Origin: an uncultured Lachnospiraceae bacterium | GTDB lineage: Bacteria; Bacillota; Clostridia; Christensenellales; UBA1242 | Direction of reading: 5' to 3' | DNA length: 50,662 bases | Assembly: GCA_964437615.1 (NCBI GenBank) | Contig: CAYTHL010000003.1 | Location: 1 to 50,662 of the forward strand | Part shown: in pieces, positions 21,843 to 31,028 of the stretch | How the letters are laid out: every line of letters starts with the position of its first letter | How positions within the stretch are numbered: the first letter of the stretch is position 1 | Program-made: the position numbers and the translations under genes | Notes under the pieces: generated by a model | What the model saw: only the letters and a program-made list of their open reading frames with translations | Databases searched by the model: none | What the model was told of the DNA's origin: nothing

Positions 21843-21991
21843 AATAACCTCTATGCTAATTTTATCAAAAAAATAATGCAAAGTGCAACAAATTTTAACC
21901 AATTATTAATAATAATTAAGAAGATTGTTTAATTTTTGTTTAATTTAAATATATTTTACATAATTGTTTATCTTTTATATAAAATAAACTT

Positions 21992-22873
21992 ATGAAAAAA
22001 TTTAATTTTTTATTATTATTGTTTGCTATAACTTTTGTTTTTATAATGCCTCTTAATGGATGCAAAAGCCAAGAAACTATTAAATTGTACGACGTAAATT
22101 TAAATAAAATAGTAACTCTTGCGCTAGAAGACTATGTTGCCGGCGCAACCGCTGCCGAAATGGATGAAAATTTTTCTAGCACAGCCCTAGAAACTCAAGC
22201 AATTTTATGCCGAACATATGCTTACTACTTTAAAGAAAATAATTTAAGCAAATATGCCGGTGCAGATATTTCCAACGATATAACCGAAGCTCAAGCATAT
22301 ACCACTAGCATTCCGGATAAAATTAAAACTGCCGTTAAAAACACCAAGGGTAAAGTTATTAAAAGCAACGGCAAATATATTTTGCCATATTATTGCAGTA
22401 ATTGCGGTGGGGCAAGTAGCCTAGCTAGTGATGTTTTTAATATAACAGCCAACTATTTACAACAAGTAGAAACATTAGAAAATGAGGATAATAGCAAAAA
22501 TTATTATTGGCAAGCAGAAATATCTAAATTTGATATTTTGTATGCACTAAGCAACATAGGTATAAGCCTTGCTAGCGTAAATTCCTTTATAGTAGATTCT
22601 TGTGATGCATCAAACAGAGCCTTAACTTTTAATATAGGTGGCAAAATTGTAGACGCCAATAGTTTTAGACTAGCAATTGGCAACACTATATTAAAAAGTT
22701 GCCTAATTACCAACATAACTGTTAATAGCCAAAGCATATCCTTTGAAGGCCTCGGATATGGGCACGGCGTGGGATTAAGCCAATGGGGTGCCAATATTTT
22801 AGCTAGCCAAAACTACACATCTAGCCAAATTATAAATTATTTTTATAAAAATTGCGAAATTGTAGCAAATTGA
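21992..22873 (+). CDS. spoIID: SpoIID/LytB-domain protein (stage II sporulation protein D-like), probable lipoprotein
   Basis: ALETQAILCRTYAYY, YYCSNCGG and GYGHGVGLSQWGAN match the SpoIID amidase-enhancer/lytic transglycosylase family signature. The N-terminus MKKFNFLLLLFAITFVFIMPLNGC has a signal peptide and a lipobox-like Cys. Confidence 0.75.
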   Translation: MKKFNFLLLLFAITFVFIMPLNGCKSQETIKLYDVNLNKIVTLALEDYVAGATAAEMDENFSSTALETQAILCRTYAYYFKENNLSKYAGADISNDITEAQAYTTSIPDKIKTAVKNTKGKVIKSNGKYILPYYCSNCGGASSLASDVFNITANYLQQVETLENEDNSKNYYWQAEISKFDILYALSNIGISLASVNSFIVDSCDASNRALTFNIGGKIVDANSFRLAIGNTILKSCLITNITVNSQSISFEGLGYGHGVGLSQWGANILASQNYTSSQIINYFYKNCEIVAN

Positions 22874-23114
22874 TAATAATTGTTAAAAATTTACCTTTTT
22901 GGTTATTTTTGTTATAAAATGTTTATAGTTATTAACGTGTTTATTACTTATTTTTTCTAATAGAAAAGGAGTTATTAACATATTAACACTCCCTATTACT
23001 AATACTACTAAAAATAACTATAATTATCTAAATGAATGTGCATACAAAAAATAATTTTTCGTTCTAACATTATTATAGTCTAATAAGTAGATAATTATAC
23101 CTAAAAATAAATTA

Positions 23115-24929
23115 TTATATCTTTTCAAATTGGCTGTTGTATAGGTTTGCATAGAAACCTTTTTTGGCAAGTAATTCTTCATGCTTGCCCTGTTCGATAA
23201 TATGCCCCTTAGTCATAACCAAAATCATGTCGGCATTGGTTATTGTGCTAAGTCTGTGTGCAACAATAAAGTTTGTGCGACCTTTCATTATGGCGTTAAA
23301 GGCCTCTTGAATGCGCATTTCGGTGCGAGTATCTATATTACTTGTGGCCTCGTCTAAAATTAGCATAGGTGGTTTTAATAGCATAATTCTAGCTATACAA
23401 ATTAGTTGTTTTTCGCCTTGGCTAAGGTTGCTTCCGCCTTCGCTAACAATGGTATCATATTGCTGCGGCATTTTTTGAATAAACTCGTCTATGCCTGCAA
23501 GTTTGGCAGCCTCTATAACCTCTTCTAGTGGAACATTTGGGTTGCCATATGCAATATTATCTCGAATACTGGCGTTAAATAGCCATGTTTCTTGTAATAC
23601 CATACCATACTTGCTGCGCAAACTATGCCTAGTTATTTCTCTTATATCACACCCAGAAACTTTTATTGTTCCACTAGTTACATCATAAAAGCGCATAAGA
23701 AGATTAATAAGAGTACTTTTGCCGCAGCCCGTTGGACCAACTATGGCTATTTTTTGACCGCTTTCTACATTTAAATTAAGGTTTTCTATAAGTTTAACCT
23801 TAGGAATATAACTAAAATAAACATTTTGTAATTTTACAGTGCCGTCGCAGTCTATTAAGTCTGGGTTATCTACATCACTAATTTCATCAGGTTCGTCAAA
23901 AACTACAAACACTCTGGCTGCAGCCGCAAACGCCGATTGAATATCGCTAATATTTTCGCTAATTTCACTAAAAGGTTTGCCAAAGTTATTTGCGTAAGTT
24001 AAAAAACTAGAAATTGTGCCAATAGATATGCCTCCATGCAAGGCTTGCAAAGCTCCAAACAAACCAACTACACCATAAACTATGCCATTAATAAACCTAG
24101 TTGTAGGGTTAGATAATGCGCCGTAAAAACTTGATTTTTTGCAAATTTCGTAGTATTTGTTATTTACATTGCCAAAGTCTTTTATACTATCATTTTCGTG
24201 ATTAAAAGCCAAAACTACTTGCTGACCGCCAATATATTCTTCCAAATAACCCGAAAGTTCGCCCTGCGATGATACCTCGGCTTGATAGTATTTTTTTGCG
24301 CGTTTTACAAAATATAAAGTAAGAAGAACACTCATAGGTGTAAGAATTATAATTATTATAGCAAGATTAACATTTAGTAATAGCATAGAAATTATGGTTC
24401 CTACAATAGTCATTAAACCCGAAATAAAACTAGCTAGGCTCTCTAAAAAACCATCTGTCATAGTATCTATATCGTTTATCATGCGGCTAAGTAGGTCTCC
24501 GTGACTGGACGTGTCTATGTAACTTAGCGGCAAAGAGTTAAATTTTTTAAATAGCATGTCCCTAATTTTATAGGTGGCCTTGTAGTTGTAATTGTTTATG
24601 GTTATAGAGCCAAGCAAATTTGCCACTTGTGCAATAATTACAAATGCTATTAATATAAATACATACTTAGTTAGCATTCCAAAATCTACATTTCCAGCAG
24701 AGATTATGCAGTTTATGCACTTACCTAAATAAATAGGAATAAGTATTTCAAACACAGTGTTAATAAGGTCAAACAAAAAGGTTAAGTACAAATAAAATCG
24801 ATATTCTTTTGTGTACTTAAAAACTTTGGCAACAGTAGAAATTGCCGAGTGCCGCTTGTTTATTTTTTTTGCAAGATGGTCTTCGGCGGCTGCACGCATT
24901 TGATTAGATGACGCATTTGCCTTTGCCAC
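23115..24929 (-). CDS. ABC exporter permease/ATPase fusion, subunit B of a heterodimeric multidrug-type exporter (canonical NBD)
   Basis: Six-TM domain followed by Walker A GPTGCGKST, signature LSQGEKQ, Walker B MLILDEATS and H-loop VAHRLSTI. GTG start at 24929 with AAGGAG 9 nt upstream, 4 nt after the stop of the upstream partner. Confidence 0.85.
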   Translation of the reverse strand: MAKANASSNQMRAAAEDHLAKKINKRHSAISTVAKVFKYTKEYRFYLYLTFLFDLINTVFEILIPIYLGKCINCIISAGNVDFGMLTKYVFILIAFVIIAQVANLLGSITINNYNYKATYKIRDMLFKKFNSLPLSYIDTSSHGDLLSRMINDIDTMTDGFLESLASFISGLMTIVGTIISMLLLNVNLAIIIIILTPMSVLLTLYFVKRAKKYYQAEVSSQGELSGYLEEYIGGQQVVLAFNHENDSIKDFGNVNNKYYEICKKSSFYGALSNPTTRFINGIVYGVVGLFGALQALHGGISIGTISSFLTYANNFGKPFSEISENISDIQSAFAAAARVFVVFDEPDEISDVDNPDLIDCDGTVKLQNVYFSYIPKVKLIENLNLNVESGQKIAIVGPTGCGKSTLINLLMRFYDVTSGTIKVSGCDIREITRHSLRSKYGMVLQETWLFNASIRDNIAYGNPNVPLEEVIEAAKLAGIDEFIQKMPQQYDTIVSEGGSNLSQGEKQLICIARIMLLKPPMLILDEATSNIDTRTEMRIQEAFNAIMKGRTNFIVAHRLSTITNADMILVMTKGHIIEQGKHEELLAKKGFYANLYNSQFEKI

Positions 24930-24932
24930 GTG

Positions 24933-26696
24933 TTAATTCTCCTTTTTATTTTGTGAATAATGTATTTCTTGATAAACGCTGCACCTATCCAGCAACTCTT
25001 TATGTGTGCCAATATCTACAATATTGCCGGCGTCAACAACAATAATTTTGTCGGCGTCCTTAATAGAGTTTGTGCGCTGAGTGACTATAAAGGTGGTGGT
25101 GTTTTTCATAAACTGCTTTATAGACTTTCTTAGTTTGGCGTCAGTGGCAAAGTCTAGCGCACTAGAACTGTCGTCCATAATAAGTATAGACGGGTTGTCC
25201 ACAAGGGCTCTTGCAATGGTTAACCTCTGTTTTTGACCGCCAGAAAAGTTTGTGCCGCCACGATTTACCTTGTGTTTCAAAAAGTCTGGGTATTCTTTAA
25301 CAAAATCGTAACTTTGGCTTATTTTTAAGGCTTTTATCATGTCTTCTTGGGTAGCCTCTTGATTGCGCCATTTTAAATTGCTCTCTATTGTGCCATCAAA
25401 AAGAGTAGGGTTCTGCGGCACTATGCTGACAATTCGCCTAAGGTCTTCAACCCTATAATTTTTGACATTTTGATCTCCAACCAAAACCTCGCCCTCGGTG
25501 GCATCATAAAACCTAGGTATAAGGTTGGTTATGCTGCTTTTTCCACTGCCTGTTCCGCCAATTATGCCAACCATTTCGCCCGGATTTATAGTTATGGTAA
25601 GACCACTTACGGCATTTTTGATATTGTTGTAGCTAAATGACACATTTTTGTATTCCACTTTGCCCAAATTTATGTTGGTGCGGTCAATTTCAATAGGTGT
25701 TTCGGGGTCGGTAATGCTGTTTTGCAAACAGAAAATATCATTTATACGGTTGCTAGAAGTGCCCATACGCGTGTATATGGTTATCATTCTGGCAAGTGAC
25801 ACAAGAGAACTTGCTATCTGCGAAAAATAGTTGATAAAGGATATTAATTTACCTTGCTCCATGCCGCCAATATTAATTTCTATGCCGCCAAAATACAAAA
25901 TTGCCACAATTGCAAAGTTGGTTATAGTGTATATCATAGGAACAAGTGCCGCACCCCATGTGCCAAGTTTTAATTGTACATCTATAAGTTCGTAATTTGC
26001 ATTTTGAAATCTTTCGGCTTCGTAATTTTGTTTGTTAAAAGCTCTAACAACTCTTACCCCTGTCAAGTTTTCGCGAGTGATGTTGCTAGTTTTGTCTAGT
26101 TTTTGCTTACTTTCGGTAAGTAGCGGTGAAATTTTTGCGCGTACCCATAATACAACAGCAATAAGTAGCGGTGCAACTACAATAAATATAAGGCTAAGTT
26201 TTAAATTTATACTCAGCGCCATTACAAGCGAGCCAATCAATATAAATGGAATTCTAACAGCTGTTCTTAGTAAACTGCCAGTACCGCTTTTAATGTGGTA
26301 AACATCATGCACAGTGCGGTTTAAAAGTTCGGTTGTTGTAAAGGTATCTAATTCGGCATGGCTTAGGCTGTTTATATGAGTGTAAATGGCATTTCGCATC
26401 TCTTTGCCCATACCCTCTATTGCGTTGGCAGAAAATTTTTGACCAATTATTGCGCAGACAATGCCAACAACATTAAGTGCAAGTATAAGCAGTGCCATTT
26501 GCCAAATGTAAGTTGTGTCATTATTTTTTATACCTATATCTATAATATTGCCCATAAGATACGGAACAAAAACTTCGGTGGCGGCCTCTATCCCTTTAAA
26601 CACCGGAGCACCTATCGCAAATAACTTATAATTTGCCAAATAGGTTATTGGCTTAAAAATTTTAGGTTTTTTAGGCTGTTTTTGCGATTTTTTCAT
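24933..26696 (-). CDS. ABC exporter permease/ATPase fusion, subunit A (degenerate-site partner)
   Basis: Walker A GGTGSGKSS, signature FSGGQKQR, Walker B ILIMDDSSS (D instead of the catalytic E) and VTQRT in place of the H-loop. This is the classic asymmetric heterodimer arrangement. I place the start at ATG 26696 (MKKSQKQPKK). The track's TTG at 26732 coincides with a -35 hexamer. Confidence 0.8.
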   Translation of the reverse strand: MKKSQKQPKKPKIFKPITYLANYKLFAIGAPVFKGIEAATEVFVPYLMGNIIDIGIKNNDTTYIWQMALLILALNVVGIVCAIIGQKFSANAIEGMGKEMRNAIYTHINSLSHAELDTFTTTELLNRTVHDVYHIKSGTGSLLRTAVRIPFILIGSLVMALSINLKLSLIFIVVAPLLIAVVLWVRAKISPLLTESKQKLDKTSNITRENLTGVRVVRAFNKQNYEAERFQNANYELIDVQLKLGTWGAALVPMIYTITNFAIVAILYFGGIEINIGGMEQGKLISFINYFSQIASSLVSLARMITIYTRMGTSSNRINDIFCLQNSITDPETPIEIDRTNINLGKVEYKNVSFSYNNIKNAVSGLTITINPGEMVGIIGGTGSGKSSITNLIPRFYDATEGEVLVGDQNVKNYRVEDLRRIVSIVPQNPTLFDGTIESNLKWRNQEATQEDMIKALKISQSYDFVKEYPDFLKHKVNRGGTNFSGGQKQRLTIARALVDNPSILIMDDSSSALDFATDAKLRKSIKQFMKNTTTFIVTQRTNSIKDADKIIVVDAGNIVDIGTHKELLDRCSVYQEIHYSQNKKEN

Positions 26697-26703
26697 ATCG
26701 TCT

Positions 26704-26732
26704 ATTATATATTTTGTAAAAATAGTTGTCAA
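26704..26732 (-). promoter_or_regulatory. Consensus sigma-70 promoter (TTGACA-17-TATAAT) abutting the ABC operon start codon
   Basis: The minus strand reads TTGACA (26732-26727), a 17-nt spacer actatttttacaaaata, TATAAT (26709-26704), then agacgat, then ATG (26696). No Shine-Dalgarno sequence lies between them. Confidence 0.55.
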
Positions 26733-26906
26733 ATAATAATTGCAAAAAACTTTAATAAAATTTAAGTTTTTAAGAATAATTTTTGCAATAAATAAGTAAA
26801 ATTTGTGTATAATTTAATAGTTAAGTTGCAGTTTTTTGCAAAAATAAGGTTATAAAAAGCAAAATATGTTATAAAATTGTAAAATTTGCAAATTTTAATT
26901 TAATAT

Positions 26907-26928
26907 TTATTGAATAATTATTAATTTA
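26907..26928. promoter_or_regulatory. Candidate Fur-family (PerR-like) operator upstream of rubrerythrin
   Basis: TGAATAATTATTAA (26911-26924) matches 13 of 14 positions of the perfect palindrome TTAATAATTATTAA and lies about 40 nt upstream of the rbr start. AT-rich context makes chance matches likely. Confidence 0.3.
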
Positions 26929-26962
26929 CTGGCAACAATTTATCTAATTATTGGAGGTAATT

Positions 26963-27634
26963 ATGGATTTTGACAACTCTCAAACTTTACAAAACTGCAC
27001 CCGCGCATTTTCTGCCGAATGCGCAGACGGAGCAAAATATCAGTATATGGCAGACGAGGCAACACAGCAAAAACTTAGCTATGTGTCCTCTCTTTTAAAG
27101 CAACTTGCCACCAACGAAATGGCACACGCAAAAATTTTTTTCGATTATATTGGTAAAAACACAAAAGTTCAAGACTTAAATGTAGACATAAAGGCATCTT
27201 TTCCTATGGCTCATGCTCCGTTAGAAGAAATGCTTAATATAAAGGCTCAAAACGAACTTAAACAGGCCGAAGTTGTTTATCCTGCATTTGAAAAAGTTGC
27301 AAGAAAGGAGGGTTTTAACGACATTGCGGACAAAATGGAACAAATATCAAAAATAGAAGCTGTGCACGAAAAAATTTTAAACCAAATTTATAAAGGTTTA
27401 AAGAACAAAAGTTTGTATCAATCAAATGTTCTTGTTTGTTGGAAGTGTAATAATTGCGGCTATGAGCAAAACTCAAAAAAAGCATGGACTAAATGTCCAC
27501 TATGTCAAAAAGACCAAGGCTATGTAAGATTAAAATTTAATGGTCAAACTGACGCTACAAAGGCAAGTAGTGCAGATTTAGCGTCATGTAACTGTAAGAC
27601 ATGTGTTACAAAACCTCAAAAACCGCAAAAATAA
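26963..27634 (+). CDS. rbr: Rubrerythrin (ferritin-like di-iron domain plus C-terminal rubredoxin-like CxxC pairs)
   Basis: ExxH motifs NEMAHAKIF and EAVHEKIL. C-terminal CWKCNNCGY...CPLCQ. ATG at 26963 is preceded by GGAGG (ttggaggtaattATG). Confidence 0.8.
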   Translation: MDFDNSQTLQNCTRAFSAECADGAKYQYMADEATQQKLSYVSSLLKQLATNEMAHAKIFFDYIGKNTKVQDLNVDIKASFPMAHAPLEEMLNIKAQNELKQAEVVYPAFEKVARKEGFNDIADKMEQISKIEAVHEKILNQIYKGLKNKSLYQSNVLVCWKCNNCGYEQNSKKAWTKCPLCQKDQGYVRLKFNGQTDATKASSADLASCNCKTCVTKPQKPQK

Positions 27635-27910
27635 CCAAATAAAGATGTAAATAATAGTAAATTTTTGTAAAAATAAGTCAAAATGCACAATTTTTAAATT
27701 TAAAAAACAAATTTTACAACTTTACTATTTTTTTTGTTTAAAATATTTTTAATATTTTACGAATAGATTTTTTATTTTTTAAATTATTGTTTTGTGCTAT
27801 GCTGGCACATTATTTTGTCTATGCAAAAAATCATCAAAAATTGTCATAAATAATTGATTTTTTTGTTTATTTATATTATTATAAAAAAAGTAATTATTAT
27901 AGGAGTTTTT

Positions 27911-28720
27911 ATGAGCAAAATTATAGCTTTTGCAAACCAAAAAGGCGGTGTTGGTAAAACAACAACCTGCTTAAATGTTTCTGCATATATGGCACTCATG
28001 GGCAAAAAAGTGTTACTTGTAGATATAGACCCGCAAGGAAACGCCACAAGCGGCCTAGGCAAAGAAAAATCTAACGAGTACAATTCTATTTATCAAGTTA
28101 TGTCTGGCGATTGCACAATAACCGAGGCTGTTATTAAAACGCCGGTAGAAAAATTAGACCTATTGCCAGCTAATTTAGACTTGGCTGGTGTAGAAGTAGA
28201 ACTTGTTGGCAAGCAAAATCGTGAAAAAATATTAAAAGGAATTTTAGATAATATCAAAAATAGTTATGATTACATAACTATTGATTGTCCTCCGTCTTTG
28301 GGGTTAATAACCGTAAATGCGCTAACGGCTGCCGACAGTGTTTGTATACCTATTCAATGTGAATTTTTTGCTCTAGAGGGCTTAACGCAGCTAATGAACA
28401 GTATAAGGCTAATTAAAAAAAATGGATTAAACACTGGGTTGCAAATAGAAGGTGTTGTATTAACTATGCGTGATACCCGCAGCAACCTTGGCAAGCAAGT
28501 GGCAGAAGAAATTACAAAATTTTTTGGAGAGGCTGTGTTTAAAACAGCAATTCCACGCAATGTACGGCTTGCCGAGTCGCCTAGTTACGGGCTGCCCGTC
28601 TATTTGTATGACAAATCTTGTGCTGGCGCACAATGTTATTTAAAACTAACCGAAGAAATTTTAACCAAAAACCATGATAAATTTAAAAAGATAAAAACTA
28701 CAAAAAGAGGAGTAAAATAG
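27911..28720 (+). CDS. soj: Chromosome partitioning ATPase ParA/Soj
   Basis: MSKIIAFANQKGGVGKTTT deviant Walker A and VLLVDIDPQGNAT. ATG at 27911 has AGGAG 5 nt upstream. The track's longer N-terminus (27854) is hydrophobic junk. Confidence 0.9.
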   Translation: MSKIIAFANQKGGVGKTTTCLNVSAYMALMGKKVLLVDIDPQGNATSGLGKEKSNEYNSIYQVMSGDCTITEAVIKTPVEKLDLLPANLDLAGVEVELVGKQNREKILKGILDNIKNSYDYITIDCPPSLGLITVNALTAADSVCIPIQCEFFALEGLTQLMNSIRLIKKNGLNTGLQIEGVVLTMRDTRSNLGKQVAEEITKFFGEAVFKTAIPRNVRLAESPSYGLPVYLYDKSCAGAQCYLKLTEEILTKNHDKFKKIKTTKRGVK

Positions 28721-28721
28721 T

Positions 28722-29636
28722 ATGGAAAAAAGAGGATTAGGTAGAGGATTAAACAGCCTTTTTGGAAACTTTAATTTAGATGATGATAACCTAGCAGAAA
28801 CGCCAAAAGAGAAGTCTGCAATATCATCTACAAAAGAAAAAGTAGATAGAGAAAGTATTTCATCAACAGGTGCTATACAAGTAGATGTTGGTAAAATAGA
28901 CCGCAATCCAAACCAGCCACGCACTAATTTTGACGAAAAAGCACTTAACGAACTGGCGCAATCTATAAAAACACATGGCATTGTGCAACCATTAATAGTT
29001 GTAGCCAACGGCGATAGATATACACTAGTTGCTGGCGAGCGTAGGTGGCGCGCCGCAATAAAGGCAAATTTAAAAACCGTGCCAGTGTTAGTTAAGGAAT
29101 ACACAGAGCAGCAAATTGCCGAAATTGCAATTATAGAAAATTTGCAACGCGAAGATTTAAACCCAATTGAGAGTGCAAGGGCAATAAAAGAGTTGATGAC
29201 AAAATTTAACATGACGCAAGAAAGAGTTGCAGACAAAATAGGCAAAAGTCGCCCAGCCGTTGCAAACACTTTAAGACTGCTAACCTTGCCAGAAACTATA
29301 GTAAATTTGGTATCGGCAAACAAACTGTCTGCTGGCCATGCCCGAGCCTTGCTTGCCATAGAAGATGAAAATTTACAAAAAGAGCTAGCATTAAAAGTAG
29401 TAGAAAAAAAACTATCAGTTAGAGATTTAGAACAACTAATTAAAAAACTTCAAAAAACGCAAAAAGGACTGTTAAAAGATGAAAAAAGCGTAGAATTACG
29501 CAGTTTTATAGAAGATATGAATAAAATATTGGCCACAAAAGTAAGTGTACTTGGTAACGATAAAAAGGGCAGAATTATAATTAATTACTATTCCGCCGAA
29601 GATTTGCAAAGAATATATGATATTCTAAACAAATAA
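28722..29636 (+). CDS. spo0J: Chromosome partitioning protein ParB/Spo0J
   Basis: MEKRGLGRGLNSLF N-terminus, the arginine patch LVAGERRWRAA, and an HTH region MTQERVADKIGKSRPAVANTLRLL. It starts 1 nt after the parA stop. Confidence 0.9.
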   Translation: MEKRGLGRGLNSLFGNFNLDDDNLAETPKEKSAISSTKEKVDRESISSTGAIQVDVGKIDRNPNQPRTNFDEKALNELAQSIKTHGIVQPLIVVANGDRYTLVAGERRWRAAIKANLKTVPVLVKEYTEQQIAEIAIIENLQREDLNPIESARAIKELMTKFNMTQERVADKIGKSRPAVANTLRLLTLPETIVNLVSANKLSAGHARALLAIEDENLQKELALKVVEKKLSVRDLEQLIKKLQKTQKGLLKDEKSVELRSFIEDMNKILATKVSVLGNDKKGRIIINYYSAEDLQRIYDILNK

Positions 29637-29663
29637 ATTAGTTTTTAATTATACTGTTTTACA

Positions 29664-29700
29664 AAAAGTCGCAAATTTAATGCGACTTTTATGTTTTTTA
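29664..29700 (+). terminator. Rho-independent terminator after parB
   Basis: AAAGTCGCA-aatttaa-TGCGACTTT followed by TTATGTTTTTT. Confidence 0.7.
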
Positions 29701-29704
29701 TTAA

Positions 29705-29720
29705 TGTTTCACGCGAAACA
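29705..29720. promoter_or_regulatory. parS: parS centromere-like site (one mismatch)
   Basis: TGTTTCACGCGAAACA versus the Firmicute parS consensus TGTTNCACGTGAAACA. Confidence 0.75.
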
Positions 29721-29814
29721 TTATTTAAAATTTTTTTCGGCAACAGAATTTTAATAATTTAATTAATAAAAATTATAATAAGTTCTATTATAAAAAACAA
29801 TTGAAATTATAAAT

Positions 29815-29830
29815 TGTTTCACGTGAAACA
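29815..29830. promoter_or_regulatory. parS: parS centromere-like site (perfect)
   Basis: TGTTTCACGTGAAACA, a perfect 16-bp palindrome matching the parS consensus. Confidence 0.85.
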
Positions 29831-29990
29831 TTATAAACATATTAGATAAATAATTATAGGCGTGGCGAATAAAATTTTTGTAAACAATTTTACACAAAAT
29901 TTATTTTTAAAACGAATAATTGGTTGTTAAATAATACAAAAGTTCAAATAAAAAATTAAAGTTTGTTTTACTTAAATTCAAAATAAAAAA

Positions 29991-30006
29991 TGTTTCACGT
30001 GAAACA
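29991..30006. promoter_or_regulatory. parS: parS centromere-like site (perfect), flanked by A6/T6
   Basis: aaaaaaTGTTTCACGTGAAACAtttttt, 24 nt downstream of the cvpA stop. Confidence 0.85.
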
Positions 30007-30029
30007 TTTTTTATTTGTCATATGTAAAC

Positions 30030-30782
30030 TTACAATGCTTGTAAGAAATCTATTAAAAACTGTTTAATATTTACATATTCTATCATAAAGTTATTTACGC
30101 TAGTTCTTAGCCAACCACCTATTGCAGATTGATTAATATAACTAAACATTCCGCTAAGCAGTCCGTTATCTGAGAAGAAGGAAAGTACTGCAAATATTAG
30201 CACTAGCACCATAAACCCTTTAACTAAGCCAAAGCATGCACCAAAAATTCTATCAAACACATTAATAAATTTAGATTGTTTAAGCTTTTTAGATATAAGC
30301 TTTAAAATAAGTAGCAAAACATAAATTAATACAAATGCAATAACAAATGCGGTAACCACGGTTATAAACTGCGCTAAAGATTTGCTTATAGTATCTGCTA
30401 AAGTTACACTATCTGCAGTGCTTTCTGCAAGTTTTGTAGATAAATGATTGTTTATTGTGCCGTTGAACAGTTTTTTACCAAATCCGCTCATTCCGCTATT
30501 ATTTAGGGTGTTAGTAACAAAACTAGATGCGTTTTCCATTCCTTTAAGGTTGGTTGTAAATCCGCTAAAAGCAGAGTAGTGCTTATATAGCCCGCCAGTA
30601 ATTGAACTTTCCATGCCCATAAGATTAAGCAAACTGCGCAGTGGCTGTGTTAAAAACAATGCTATTACAAAGTTTACAAAGACGCCAAAAAGGTCTATAA
30701 CCGAAAACATAAAACCCTTTTTTATGCCCACAGCTACAAAAATTAATAAAAATACTATAATTATTGCATCAAACCAGTTCAA
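30030..30782 (-). CDS. cvpA: CvpA-family membrane protein
   Basis: MNWFDAIIIVFLLIFVAVGIKKGF.. is a typical CvpA N-terminus, followed by multiple hydrophobic helices. TTG start at 30782 with GGAGG 6 nt upstream (ggaggaatggcTTG). Confidence 0.65.
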   Translation of the reverse strand: MNWFDAIIIVFLLIFVAVGIKKGFMFSVIDLFGVFVNFVIALFLTQPLRSLLNLMGMESSITGGLYKHYSAFSGFTTNLKGMENASSFVTNTLNNSGMSGFGKKLFNGTINNHLSTKLAESTADSVTLADTISKSLAQFITVVTAFVIAFVLIYVLLLILKLISKKLKQSKFINVFDRIFGACFGLVKGFMVLVLIFAVLSFFSDNGLLSGMFSYINQSAIGGWLRTSVNNFMIEYVNIKQFLIDFLQAL

Positions 30783-31028
30783 GCCATTCCTCCATTATAG
30801 AACATAAGTTCGATATAATATTTTAATGATGTACAATATAATTATATAACAAAGTTTAAAATAATGCAAAGAAAAAACGCAAAATTTACTAAATTTATAC
30901 CGAAATTCTGCTTCAAAATTGCAAAAACTAACAAAACTGTTTGCAAAAAGGATAAAAAATAGCAAAAATTAACGCAAAATAATATAATAAATAATAATTA
31001 AAATGTTAAATTTTGAAAATAATTTTGT

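Noticed and set aside
22883-22981. 32-aa minus-strand ORF (MLITPFLLEKISNKHVNNYKHFITKITKKVNF) with GGGAG 7 nt upstream, in the spoIID/ABC convergent spacer.
   Set aside because: An AT-rich spacer easily yields such ORFs by chance. There is no recognisable motif, promoter or conservation evidence available, so I did not report it as a feature.
26733-26950. Recurrent TTGCAAAA-like motifs in the ABC/rbr divergent spacer and in 30860-30980, considered as possible transcription-factor sites or phased A-tracts.
   Set aside because: The spacing is irregular and the motif is low-complexity in an AT-rich background, so I cannot distinguish it from compositional bias.
27635-27910. AT-rich spacers around parAB (also 29640-30029, 30783-31028 and 31548-31798) were inspected for a DnaA-box cluster (TTATCCACA/TGTGGATAA) that would mark oriC.
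   Set aside because: I found no clustered matches to the DnaA box and no dnaA/dnaN genes in the window, so I do not call an origin.
28661-29359. 232-aa minus-strand ORF overlapping parA/parB. Similar antisense ORFs lie in ftsH (32095-32607, 33616-34269), ychF (36355-36861), uppP (35777-36105) and the 43688-49483 gene.
   Set aside because: Each lies fully inside a confidently identified gene on the other strand and translates to low-complexity sequence without recognisable motifs or SD sequences.
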